DNA from: Planctomycetota bacterium
Lineage (GTDB): Bacteria; Planctomycetota; B15-G4; SIAN01
Direction: 5' to 3'
NCBI GenBank assembly: GCA_031409275.1
Contig: JANNXA010000009.1
Coordinates: forward strand, 1-64,000
Length of the DNA stretch: 64,000 nucleotides
Part shown: positions 18,715-27,615 of the stretch, in pieces
How positions within the stretch are numbered: the first letter of the stretch is position 1
Layout: each line of letters starts with the position of its first letter
Notes under the pieces: generated by a model
Told to the model about the DNA's origin: nothing
Databases searched by the model: none
What the model saw: the letters and a program-made list of their open reading frames with translations, nothing else
Translations under genes and position numbers: made by a program

Positions 18715-20277
18715 ATGCATTTCCGATCCTGGTTGCTTGCGAGTCCGCTCGCCGTGCTGCTGGCGACGCCACTTGCCGGCGCGCAGACGTTTGCCACCGG
18801 CACCGTCGTCGACGTCAACGGTGCTCCGGTCGCCGGCGCCGACCTCGATTTCTTCCACCAGGACGGGCAGGAGTCGAACACGCGCAACGACGGCACCGGC
18901 GCCAACGGCACCTTCAGCACCGAGGTGCGTGACGGCCCCGACACCTACGACGTCCGCATCAATCCGCCCTATGGCGCCGCGCTGTTGCCGGCCGAGCTGA
19001 ACGACATCTTCATCGTCGGCACCAAGAACCTCGGCACCATCACGATGCCGACCGGCCTGCTCGTCGAGGGGCGCGCGATCAACTCGATCGGCCAACCGCT
19101 CGCCGGCGTGCTGATCAACGTCGTCGACTCGGCGACCGGCGCGCCCATCTTCATCCCGCACTCCGCCACGGACGGCATCGGCGAGTTCAAGTTCGCGCTG
19201 CCGTCGGGCACCTACGACCTGCTCTTCGATCCATCGCTGGTGGGCGGGACGCTGCTGGCGCCCAAGCAACTGCTGGCGACCAGCGTCACCGGCGCGACGC
19301 AGCTCGGCGACGTCACGCTGCCAAACGGCTTCGTGCTCTCGGCCACCTGCAAGCGCAGCAACCTCACCGCGATCGCCAACCTCGACGTCGATGTCGTCGA
19401 GCCGACCACGGGCGAGAAGCTCTACACGCCAGGCGACAGCACGGACGCGACGGGTTTCGTCGACGTGGTGGTTCCAGCCGGCACCTTCGACGTGCAGTTC
19501 CAGCCCTCGACCGCCGACAAGCTGGTGGCGCGCGAGCTGGCGGGCACGGTGGTCACCGGCACGACCAACCTCGGCACGCTGACTTTCGCGAACGGCCTCT
19601 ATCTCTCCGGCACCGTGACTTCGTCGGTCACCGGCTTGCCCATCGCCGCCGTCGACATCGACGTCTTCGACGCGGCGACCGGCGTGCAGGTCTACCTGCA
19701 TGGCGACAACAGCAGCGCCACGGGCACCTACCAGGTGATCGTCCCGGCGGGAACGTGGAGCGTCGACTTCGACCCGCCGCTGGCGCTCGACTTCGCCGCC
19801 AAGACGGTGGCGGGTGTTTTCGTCAACGCCGACAAGACGCTGAACACGACGCTCGCCCCTTGCGGCACCGGGGTGCACTACGGCAGCTCGGTTCCGGGCA
19901 GCGGCGGCTTCGTGCCAACGATCGCGAGCGTCGGCGATCCGCTGCGGCTCGGCTCGCAGAACGTCGACCTGCAGATCAGCAACGGATTGGGCGGCGCGAC
20001 CGCGTTCTTCACGATCGGCACCGCGAGCGCGGCGATCCCCTTCAAGGCCGCGGCGCTGCTCGTCGACCCGGCGGGCTCCTTCTACGTGATGGTCGCCTTG
20101 CCGCTCTCCGGACCGACCGGAGTCGCGGGCGCGGGCAGCTTCGACATCGTCGATGAGATCCCCAACGACCCGCTGCTGGAGGGCATCCACCTCTACGTGC
20201 AGGTGCTCGTCGTCGACGTCGGCGCGACGAAGAAGGTGGCGATCTCGGACGGACTCGACCTCACCATCTGCCGCTGA
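18715..20277 (+). CDS. Secreted protein with four carboxypeptidase-regulatory-like beta-sandwich repeats and a C-terminal IPxDP-G-YxQ module
   Basis: GAAGGAG RBS and signal peptide. Four repeats starting GTVVDVNGAPVAGADL, GRAINSIGQPLAGVLI, ATCKRSNLTAIANLDV and GTVTSSVTGLPIAAVDI; each has a TD/NG..G.F/Y....GT(Y/F/W)-like core. Confidence 0.8.
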   Translation: MHFRSWLLASPLAVLLATPLAGAQTFATGTVVDVNGAPVAGADLDFFHQDGQESNTRNDGTGANGTFSTEVRDGPDTYDVRINPPYGAALLPAELNDIFIVGTKNLGTITMPTGLLVEGRAINSIGQPLAGVLINVVDSATGAPIFIPHSATDGIGEFKFALPSGTYDLLFDPSLVGGTLLAPKQLLATSVTGATQLGDVTLPNGFVLSATCKRSNLTAIANLDVDVVEPTTGEKLYTPGDSTDATGFVDVVVPAGTFDVQFQPSTADKLVARELAGTVVTGTTNLGTLTFANGLYLSGTVTSSVTGLPIAAVDIDVFDAATGVQVYLHGDNSSATGTYQVIVPAGTWSVDFDPPLALDFAAKTVAGVFVNADKTLNTTLAPCGTGVHYGSSVPGSGGFVPTIASVGDPLRLGSQNVDLQISNGLGGATAFFTIGTASAAIPFKAAALLVDPAGSFYVMVALPLSGPTGVAGAGSFDIVDEIPNDPLLEGIHLYVQVLVVDVGATKKVAISDGLDLTICR

Positions 20278-20370
20278 CCGCGTCCGGATGACCCTCTCGC
20301 CGCCCCGCGGCGTCGAGCGATCACCGCGATCGCTTGGCGTCGTCGGGGCGGCGTCTTGCGCGAGCGGCGA

Positions 20371-22452
20371 TCAGCGCGAATGCGGACGCGGGCGCAGCAC
20401 GACGTCGCGCAGCGAGTCGCGCGGATCGGCGAGGTCGACCTCGAACGGCTCGCTCGCGAAGTCCACGCAACGCACGACGAAGCGGCAGCGCCCTGCCGGC
20501 AGTCGCGTCAGCACGAAGTGGTTTGGCGCCAGGCGCGCGAGGGTGAACTCGCAACCGGCGAAACCGGGCGTCGGCGGTTGGGGCACCAGCAACGTGTCGC
20601 TGTCCACGCGAGCCCGATCGAGGACGTTCTCGGGCGGGAATCGCAGTTGGGAAAGCAGCGCGCTGCCGACGCTGACCTCGGCTCGGGTGACGACACCCGG
20701 CTCGTCCTCCGATTCAGGAGGCCCCAGTTCGCCGAGCCCCTCGCGCGGCGGCGGGCCGAAGCGCGCGCGGACGGCCGCGGCATCGGTGCCGCCGTCCAGC
20801 GTCACCGACGTGTGCTCGAAGGTGAGATCGAACTGCACGGGCGGCGGCTCGTCCTGCGAATCGACCGACCAGCGGCCGGTGAACGGCGCACCGTCTTCAT
20901 CGAAGAGCCGCAGGTGCAGCGCCACGGCGGGCGCGAGTTCGAGGTCGAGCGACAACGGCTGACCGCTCTCCAGATGGACCGCCACCGTCGGCTGCAACCT
21001 CGCCTGTTCATCGAGCGGCCGCACGAAGTACCAGCCGGCGGCGAGCCGCTCGAAGCGGAAGCTCCCCTCCTCGTCGACCTCGACCAGCGAGCGATCCCAG
21101 AACCAGCCGCAGCACGGCGAAACGGGATGCGGCGACGGCTCGGTGCACCCGAGCGCGTCGTCGATCGTCGCGGCCTCGTCGGTCGACACGGAACCGCAAC
21201 GTGGACAAGGGCCGCGCCCTTCGCCTCGCAGCTCGATCCAGCCGCGCCGCGCGGCCGCTTCGCCCACTCGCAGCACGCGACCGTTGAGGGTCGCGTTGCC
21301 GCGACGCAGCGCCACGGTTCCGAGCACGTGGGTGGCGTCCGCGGTGATCTCGACCGCCCGAAAGAGCTGCGATTCGTAGCCCCGTGCCTCCACGAGCACA
21401 TCGAAACTTCCCGCGCTGAGGCACAGCTCAGCCGTCAACGGCCGCAACTCGGTGGCGGCGAAGCGATCGCTCGAGAGCGCCCGCAGCGTGGCGCCCTCGA
21501 TCACTTCTCCCGTCGCCGCGCTGACCACATGCAGGCGCAGGATGCCGCTCGGCCGCGTCGTTGCCGGCGCGCGACCGGCGCCGGCGGACGGGAGCGCGTC
21601 GCGATCGCCGCTCGCGACCGGAACGCGCTCGACCTCGATCGGCAGCGCCGCGACGTCGCTCTCGGCGTGCGCCGAGGCCGCGTCGACCGCGGCCGAGAAT
21701 TCCGGCAGGCGCGGCGCGAGTCGCGCTTGCGATTGCAGCACCAGCGACAAGCCGCCGAGCACGAGGAAGGTCGCCGCGGCGGCGACCAGCACTTTCTCGC
21801 TCAGCGCGAAGGTGGCGGCGGCAGCGATCGGAGCGGAGCTCGTCGCACCGGAGATCGCGGCGCCTCCCGCCACGGTGCCGGCGACCACTGCGGCCGAGGG
21901 CAGCAGCGGCAACGCCCACGGCGCGAGCACGGCGACCCAACCGTGACGGCCTTGCGGGCTCGCGCCATCGAGACGCGCGCGCATCTGCTCGACAGCACGA
22001 GCAAGCCGCGCACGCACCGTGCTTTCGCCGAGGTGGAGCGCGACCGCGATGTCGACGGCGCTGCGGCCTTCGAAGTAGCGCAGCAGCACGACGTCGCGCT
22101 CGGGCGCTGCCAGCTCGCGGACGGCGCGCAGCAGCTGCTCCTCGAGATCGAGACGACCGACGAGTTCGACGCTCGACGGCAGCGCCTCCGCCGTGGCGCC
22201 GACCGCCTCGCGACGACGCCGGCGCTGCTGGCTCCGCAGTCGCTTGGCGGCGAGGTTGCGGAGGGTCGTGCGAATCCAGGCCGGGAGGATCGAAGCGGAA
22301 CGAGGCGGCCGCTCGATCGCCGCGAGGAGGAGCTCCTGGGTGACGTCGTCCCGATCGGCCGGATCGACCAGCCGACGCACCAGCCGCTCGATCTGGCCGC
22401 GATGGCGGTCGAGCAGCAGCAGCGGGTCGAGCGGGAGCGCCGGCGGGTGCAT
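20371..22452 (-). CDS. ECF sigma factor fused to TM segment(s) and extracytoplasmic carboxypeptidase-regulatory-like domains
   Basis: Sigma region 2 (DDVTQELL, AWIRTTLRN) and region 4 (PERDVVLLRYFEGRSAVDIAVALHLGESTVRARLARA). TM segment VLVAAAATFLVLGGLSLVL. Repeats (VDEEGSFRFERLAAGWYFV). Alternative start at 22497. Confidence 0.85.
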   Translation of the reverse strand: MHPPALPLDPLLLLDRHRGQIERLVRRLVDPADRDDVTQELLLAAIERPPRSASILPAWIRTTLRNLAAKRLRSQQRRRRREAVGATAEALPSSVELVGRLDLEEQLLRAVRELAAPERDVVLLRYFEGRSAVDIAVALHLGESTVRARLARAVEQMRARLDGASPQGRHGWVAVLAPWALPLLPSAAVVAGTVAGGAAISGATSSAPIAAAATFALSEKVLVAAAATFLVLGGLSLVLQSQARLAPRLPEFSAAVDAASAHAESDVAALPIEVERVPVASGDRDALPSAGAGRAPATTRPSGILRLHVVSAATGEVIEGATLRALSSDRFAATELRPLTAELCLSAGSFDVLVEARGYESQLFRAVEITADATHVLGTVALRRGNATLNGRVLRVGEAAARRGWIELRGEGRGPCPRCGSVSTDEAATIDDALGCTEPSPHPVSPCCGWFWDRSLVEVDEEGSFRFERLAAGWYFVRPLDEQARLQPTVAVHLESGQPLSLDLELAPAVALHLRLFDEDGAPFTGRWSVDSQDEPPPVQFDLTFEHTSVTLDGGTDAAAVRARFGPPPREGLGELGPPESEDEPGVVTRAEVSVGSALLSQLRFPPENVLDRARVDSDTLLVPQPPTPGFAGCEFTLARLAPNHFVLTRLPAGRCRFVVRCVDFASEPFEVDLADPRDSLRDVVLRPRPHSR

Positions 22453-22633
22453 CGGAGTCCACTTGGGGGCGAGGAAGGCGGTCGTCTCGGGCGCCATCAA
22501 GTACCCATCGTCTCCGGTTTCGCCAGCCATCCGATCGCGGCGCTCTTCGATCGGGGGAGGGCGCAGGTGAAACTCTCCAGCCTCCGCGCCGACCCCGGAG
22601 GCAATAATCTCCCCGTTTCGCACCACAGCCGAG

Positions 22634-23425
22634 ATGGATGCCACCTTGCTTCTGCATGACCTCGTCGAAAAACGCCTGCTCCCGACAGCACGCCTGTGGC
22701 TCAACGCCACCGTCGCCGACCTCGCACGCAACGGCGACCCTGCCGTCTTCTGCAGCTACCTCTCCAGCGCCTCGCGCCACGCTCGCCGCATGCCGCTCGC
22801 GCCCAGCCGCACCGAACGCGCGGACCTTCACGCCGCCGCCAACGGGCTCGACTGCGAACGCTGGACGCTGCTCGAAGCGTTGCGCGCGCGGCTGGTGCTC
22901 GCGCGAAACGACCTCGACGGCGACGGCATCGTCGCGGCGTTGGAAGCGGCGTTCCGCTTCGCCGACGAAGGCGAGGCGTGCGCGCTCTACCGCTCGCTGG
23001 CGCTGCTGCCGCGGCCGGAGCGATTCGCGACGCGCGGCGCCGAAGGGTGCCGCTCCAACATGCGCTCCGTGTTCGAGGCGACCGCGTGCGACACGCCGTT
23101 CCCGGCGCGCTGCTTCGACGACGTCGCCTTTCGCCAGTGCGTGATGAAGGCGATCTTCATCGGCGCACCGGTCGCGCGCATCCTCGGTCTCGAACGGCGA
23201 CGCGACACCGAACTCTGCCGCATGGCGCTCGATCTCGCCGACGAACGTCGCAGCGCGGCCCGGCCGGTGCCGCAGGACCTGTGGCTCGCCGTCGGCCACG
23301 AAGGCGACGCGCGCGCGATCGCCTCGCTCGAACGGGAAGCCGCGGCCACCAACCCCGACGTCGCGGGACGCACGGCGGCGGCGGCGCTGCTCGCCAAGCG
23401 CCTTGCCTCGGGAGCCGCCGGATGA
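22634..23425 (+). CDS. eboA: EboA family protein
   Basis: ADEGE...LYRSLALLP, EGCRSNM..VFEA.ACD.PFP...FDD.AF.Q.VMKAIF, GL..R..EL.RM..D.ADERRSAARPVP match EboA as recalled. Confidence 0.85.
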   Translation: MDATLLLHDLVEKRLLPTARLWLNATVADLARNGDPAVFCSYLSSASRHARRMPLAPSRTERADLHAAANGLDCERWTLLEALRARLVLARNDLDGDGIVAALEAAFRFADEGEACALYRSLALLPRPERFATRGAEGCRSNMRSVFEATACDTPFPARCFDDVAFRQCVMKAIFIGAPVARILGLERRRDTELCRMALDLADERRSAARPVPQDLWLAVGHEGDARAIASLEREAAATNPDVAGRTAAAALLAKRLASGAAG

Positions 23426-24318
23426 ACTACTTCGACCCGCACATCCACATGACGTCGCGCACCACCGATGACTACGAAGCGATGGCGCGCGCCGGCATCC
23501 GCGCGATCGTCGAACCGGCCTTCTGGGTCGGGCAGCCGCGCACGACGGTCGGCGCGTTCCTCGACTACTTCTCGAGCCTGGTCGGTTGGGAGCGCTTCCG
23601 CGCCGCGCAGTTCGGCATCCATCATTTCTGCGCGATCGGGCTGAACTCGAAGGAGGCCAATCAGGAGGCGCTGGCGAAGGAGGTGCTGGAACTGGTTCCG
23701 CGCTTCGCCATGAAGGAAGGCGTCGTCGCCGTCGGCGAGATCGGCTACGACGAGATCACGCCCGCGGAGGAGCGCGCCTTCGCCTGGCAGCTCGACTTCG
23801 CCGCGAAGAACGACCTCGTCGTGATGGTCCATTCGCCCCATCGCGACAAGAAGCGCGGCATCGTGCGCAGCCTCGACCTGGCCGCCGAGTGCAAGGTGCC
23901 GATGGGCAAGCTGGTCATCGACCACAACAACGAAGAGACGGTCGAGTCGGTGCTGGAGCGCGGCGCGTGGGCGGCGTTCACGATCTACCCGCACACCAAG
24001 ATGGGCAGCGAGCGCATGGTCGAGATCGTGCGCCGCTACGGGCCGGAACGAATCATCATCGACAGCTCGGCCGACTGGGGCGTCTCCGACCCGCTGGCGG
24101 TGCCCAAGACGGCGCAGCTCATGCGCGAGCGCGGCATCGCCGAAGCGGCGATCGAGGCGACGTGCTGGGGCAATGCGCTGGCGGCCTACGGACAGAGCGG
24201 ACAGATCGACGTCGAGGCGCTCTCCCGCCCGCTCGCGATCGACCAGAACCGTCTGTTCAACGACAACTCGGTGCTGCGCGGACAGGCGCCCAAGGTCGCT
24301 CCCAGCATTCCGAACTGA
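23422..24318 (+). CDS. eboB: TatD-family metallohydrolase (EboB)
   Basis: DPHIHMTSRTTDDYEAM, EPAFWVGQPR, GLNSKEAN, HSPHRDK, DHNNEET, DWGVSDPLAVPKT. ATGA-coupled to eboA. Confidence 0.9.
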   Translation: MNYFDPHIHMTSRTTDDYEAMARAGIRAIVEPAFWVGQPRTTVGAFLDYFSSLVGWERFRAAQFGIHHFCAIGLNSKEANQEALAKEVLELVPRFAMKEGVVAVGEIGYDEITPAEERAFAWQLDFAAKNDLVVMVHSPHRDKKRGIVRSLDLAAECKVPMGKLVIDHNNEETVESVLERGAWAAFTIYPHTKMGSERMVEIVRRYGPERIIIDSSADWGVSDPLAVPKTAQLMRERGIAEAAIEATCWGNALAAYGQSGQIDVEALSRPLAIDQNRLFNDNSVLRGQAPKVAPSIPN

Positions 24319-24334
24319 AGGAGACGGTCGACCA

Positions 24335-25471
24335 ATGAAGATCACGATCGTGGGCGGCGGACCGGCAGGGCTGTGGTTCGCGCTGCTGATGAAGAAGCGC
24401 GACCCGGCGCTCCAGGTGACGCTGCTCGAGCGCAACGCCGCCGACAACACGTTCGGCTTCGGCGTGGTCTTCTCGCAGAAGACGACGCAGCTGCTGCGCG
24501 CCTGCGATGACGAACTTTTCCGCCGAGCCGAGGGCGCTGTCGCCACCTGGGATCGCGTCGACATCGTGCGCGACGGCGTGCGCACGACCATCGGCGGCAA
24601 CCACTTCGCGGGCATCGCGCGATTGGAGTGGAACCGGCTGCTGCAGGAGCGCTGCAAGGAACTGGGCGTCGACCTGCGCTTCGGCCACGACGTCCCCGAT
24701 CCGCGCAAGCTCCAGCGCGACTGCGACCTGCTGATCGGCGCCGACGGCGTCAACAGCACCGTGCGCGAGACGTGGAAGGCGGCCTTCGAGCCGACGCTCG
24801 ACGCGCGCCGCAACCGTTACATCTGGCTCGGCACGCCGCAGCCCTTCGCCGGGCTCACGCTCACGTTCAATCGAACGCCGCATGGGCTGTTCATGGCCCA
24901 TTCGTACAAGTTCAGCCGCGAACAGAGCACCTTCATCGTCGAGTGCGGCGATGCGGCCTGGCGCGCCGCCGGCTTCGATCGGCACGACGAGGCGACCACG
25001 CTCACGCGGCTGCGCGAGATCTTCGAACGCGACCTCGATGGCGCGCCGCTCGTCAGCAACCGCAGCAAGTGGATCCAGTTCCTGCTGGTGAAGAACCGGC
25101 GCTGGGTGCACGAGAACGTCGTGCTGCTCGGCGACGCGGCTCACACCGCCCACTTCTCGATCGGCTCAGGAACCAAGCTGGCGATGGAGGATTCGATCGC
25201 GCTGGCGGATTGCTTCGCGAAGTCGGGCAGCGTGAAGGCGGCGCTCGACGAGTTCGAGCAGACGCGCAAACCGATCGTCGATGACTACCAGGAGGCGGCG
25301 TTCGCCAGCACGCTGTGGTTCGAGGAAGCGTCGCAGAAGATGGGGCTCGCCGAGGTCCCCTTCGCCGCCGATTGCATGTTCCGCAGCGGCAAGATCGACC
25401 TCGAGAATCTGCGCCGGCGCGACCCCGCGTTCGCGACGCGCTACGAGGCGTGGCGGAGCGCCGGCGGCTGA
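24335..25471 (+). CDS. FAD-dependent monooxygenase (anthraniloyl-/salicylyl-CoA monooxygenase N-domain or VioD-like)
   Basis: GGGPAGL, ERN..DNTFGFGVVFS, GADGVNS, LLGDAAHTAHFSIGSGTKLAMED; AAGGAG RBS. Confidence 0.88.
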   Translation: MKITIVGGGPAGLWFALLMKKRDPALQVTLLERNAADNTFGFGVVFSQKTTQLLRACDDELFRRAEGAVATWDRVDIVRDGVRTTIGGNHFAGIARLEWNRLLQERCKELGVDLRFGHDVPDPRKLQRDCDLLIGADGVNSTVRETWKAAFEPTLDARRNRYIWLGTPQPFAGLTLTFNRTPHGLFMAHSYKFSREQSTFIVECGDAAWRAAGFDRHDEATTLTRLREIFERDLDGAPLVSNRSKWIQFLLVKNRRWVHENVVLLGDAAHTAHFSIGSGTKLAMEDSIALADCFAKSGSVKAALDEFEQTRKPIVDDYQEAAFASTLWFEEASQKMGLAEVPFAADCMFRSGKIDLENLRRRDPAFATRYEAWRSAGG

Positions 25472-25522
25472 GCGCCGGCCCGACCGGAAGGAAGCGCCGC
25501 TCCGGCGGCGGGAATCGACCTG

Positions 25523-25551
25523 TCGACAGCGCGCCGGCGTGCGCTAACAAT
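25523..25551 (+). promoter_or_regulatory. Candidate sigma70-like promoter giving a near-leaderless mRNA for the ECF gene
   Basis: TCGACA-N17-AACAAT ends 8 nt before ATG 25560; no RBS present. Confidence 0.35.
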
Positions 25552-25559
25552 GGCGCTCG

Positions 25560-26180
25560 ATGAACGACGAGACGCGCCATCTGGTGAGCCAAGCTTCGCA
25601 GGGGGACCGCCCGGCGGTCGCTCAGTTGCTGGAGCGCTACCTGCCAGGACTGCGCGCCTTCATCCGCATGCGGGCCGGGCCGATGATCCGGCGGCGCGAG
25701 TCGGAGAGTGACCTCGCGCAGTCGGTGTGCCGCGAAGTCCTGGAGCACGTCGACAAGTTCCAGTACGGCAACGAGACCGGCTTCAAGCGCTGGCTCTACA
25801 CGACCGCCCTGCGCAAGATCCTCCATCGCTACGAGTACTACGCCGCCGACAAGCGCAACGTCATGCGCGACATCCCGATCGTCGGCCAGGGCGACTCGTC
25901 GCGCTCGGACGAGCAGATGCTCGGCGAGGCGTATCGCACCTTCTCCACCCCCAGCCAGCACGCCATGAAGCGCGAGGAGATCGAGCGGGTCGAGAAGGCG
26001 TTCGACCGACTGCGCGACGACCAGCGCGAGGTGATCTCGCTGGCGCACGTCGTCGGATTGTCGCGCGCCGAGATCGCCGAGCAGGTCGGCAAGAGCGAAG
26101 GCGCGGTGCGGACGATGCTGTCGCGCGCGCTCGCGGAACTCGCCGAGATGCTCGAAGAGCCGGAACGGCCGTCGGACTGA
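25560..26180 (+). CDS. ECF sigma factor (planctomycete-type)
   Basis: GDRPAVAQLLERY, SDLAQSVCRE, FKRWL, TPSQHAM, LRDDQREVISL...GLSRAEIAEQVGKSEGAVRTMLSRAL. Confidence 0.92.
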   Translation: MNDETRHLVSQASQGDRPAVAQLLERYLPGLRAFIRMRAGPMIRRRESESDLAQSVCREVLEHVDKFQYGNETGFKRWLYTTALRKILHRYEYYAADKRNVMRDIPIVGQGDSSRSDEQMLGEAYRTFSTPSQHAMKREEIERVEKAFDRLRDDQREVISLAHVVGLSRAEIAEQVGKSEGAVRTMLSRALAELAEMLEEPERPSD

Positions 26181-26349
26181 AGCGGCTCGGCGCGTGCGCG
26201 CGCCGGAAAGTTGTTCCAAGCCGACCGAGCGGCGGCGGCCGCGCTCGCGTTGCGAGGTACTCCATTGGCGCCGCTATCTGCGGCGCACGGCCGCGCGACC
26301 CGCGCGGCGGATGCCTTCCATCCCCCGCGTTCCTGGAGTGATGCGTTCC

Positions 26350-27354
26350 ATGAATCGACCAACCGCGTTTGCGCTGGGCCTGATCGGCCTCGCGCCGGCG
26401 GTCGCCATGGCTGGCGACTGCGACGGTGCGCTCGGCTGGCACCTCGACCTTCCCGCGACGATCGAAATCGGATCGGTCGCCGACGTCGACTTCACCGGAC
26501 CGGCCAACGAGATGGCGCTGCTGATGGTGTCGCTCGGCCAAGGGCCGGTGAAGAGCGGCTACGGCAAGATCTGCCTCGACTTCCCGTTGCTGGCGCAGGT
26601 GCTGCTCGGCCTCGACGCGAGCGGCAAGGCGCTGCTGCAGGTCGACATCCCGTGCGATCCGGCGCTCGTCGACCTCACGGTCTACTCGCAGTTCATCACC
26701 TGTCGCCCGAACAAGGGCATCTCGAACCAGGTGGCGTCGACCTTCGTGGACGCGTTGCACAGCGGCGACCTGTGCACCTACACGCAAGGCGGCTGGGGTG
26801 CCGACTGCAACGGCAACAACCCGGGCTGCGTGCTCGACACGTGGTTCGACAGCGTCTTCCCCAACGGGCTGTCGATCGGCGACCCCGATGGCGTCTTCGA
26901 CAACGACGGCGTCTACGCGGCGCGTTGGGACAGCGCGCGTGCGATCAACGCCTTCCTGCCGATCGGTGGCGGACCGGGTCCGCTGACCTACGACGCGGTC
27001 GATCCGACCACGCTCCCCGCCTGCGTCTTCGCCGGCCAGCTCGTCGCGGCGAAGCTCAACTGCGCGTTCGATGACGCCGGCGTCTTCGATGGCGGCAAGT
27101 GTCGCATCGACCTGAAGCTGTGCGACCTCGTCCTCGTCGCCGGCGTGCATCCGAAGCTGATCGGCTGGACGGTGCGCGACCTGATCGACCTCGCCGACCA
27201 GGCGATCGCCTGCGCGCTCGGCGCCGGCCCGTTCGATGTCGACGGCGACAACATCGGCGACGTGACCTACGCCGACCTGAACAACGCGCTCGACGCCATC
27301 AATCGCAACTTCGACAACTACAGCAGCAACCTCGGATACCTCGGACTGCCGTGA
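26350..27354 (+). CDS. Secreted Cys/Asp-rich protein, paralogue 1 of 4
   Basis: Signal peptide; IPCDP...YSQF, CTYTQGGWG, FAGQLVAAKLN, KCRIDLKL, DVDGD, NRNFDN. Confidence 0.85.
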   Translation: MNRPTAFALGLIGLAPAVAMAGDCDGALGWHLDLPATIEIGSVADVDFTGPANEMALLMVSLGQGPVKSGYGKICLDFPLLAQVLLGLDASGKALLQVDIPCDPALVDLTVYSQFITCRPNKGISNQVASTFVDALHSGDLCTYTQGGWGADCNGNNPGCVLDTWFDSVFPNGLSIGDPDGVFDNDGVYAARWDSARAINAFLPIGGGPGPLTYDAVDPTTLPACVFAGQLVAAKLNCAFDDAGVFDGGKCRIDLKLCDLVLVAGVHPKLIGWTVRDLIDLADQAIACALGAGPFDVDGDNIGDVTYADLNNALDAINRNFDNYSSNLGYLGLP

Positions 27355-27402
27355 CCCCCCGAGGGCGGGGGACGCTCGCCCGCTTCGCGACCATGGACCT
27401 CC

Positions 27403-27435
27403 GCGAGGGCAGCCCGGCACCCGGGCTGCCCTCGC
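27403..27435 (+). terminator. Perfect 15-bp hairpin after paralogue 1
   Basis: GCGAGGGCAGCCCGG-CAC-CCGGGCTGCCCTCGC followed by ATTCGTT. Confidence 0.55.
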
Positions 27436-27524
27436 ATTCGTTGGTGCGCTCCATCGCGGTTCGCCCCGCGGGCTTCGAGAACGGCAATTCGTTCCGATCG
27501 ACGCCGAGCCATCCGGCGGACCAC

Positions 27525-27553
27525 TCGACCGTTCAGGAGTTCCGGCCTAGGTT
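27525..27553 (+). promoter_or_regulatory. Candidate sigma70-like promoter for paralogue 2
   Basis: TCGACC-N17-TAGGTT; the same geometry occurs upstream of paralogues 3 and 4. Confidence 0.45.
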
Positions 27554-27615
27554 CCCTCCCCGCAACGAGCCGCGCTGGAGCGACTCTCCGGACCGAACCA
27601 ACCGAGGCCAACTAC

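Noticed and set aside
6277..20277. Genomic island integrated at tRNA-Val
   Set aside because: No integrase, no duplicated tRNA 3' end seen in the window, and no obvious compositional shift.
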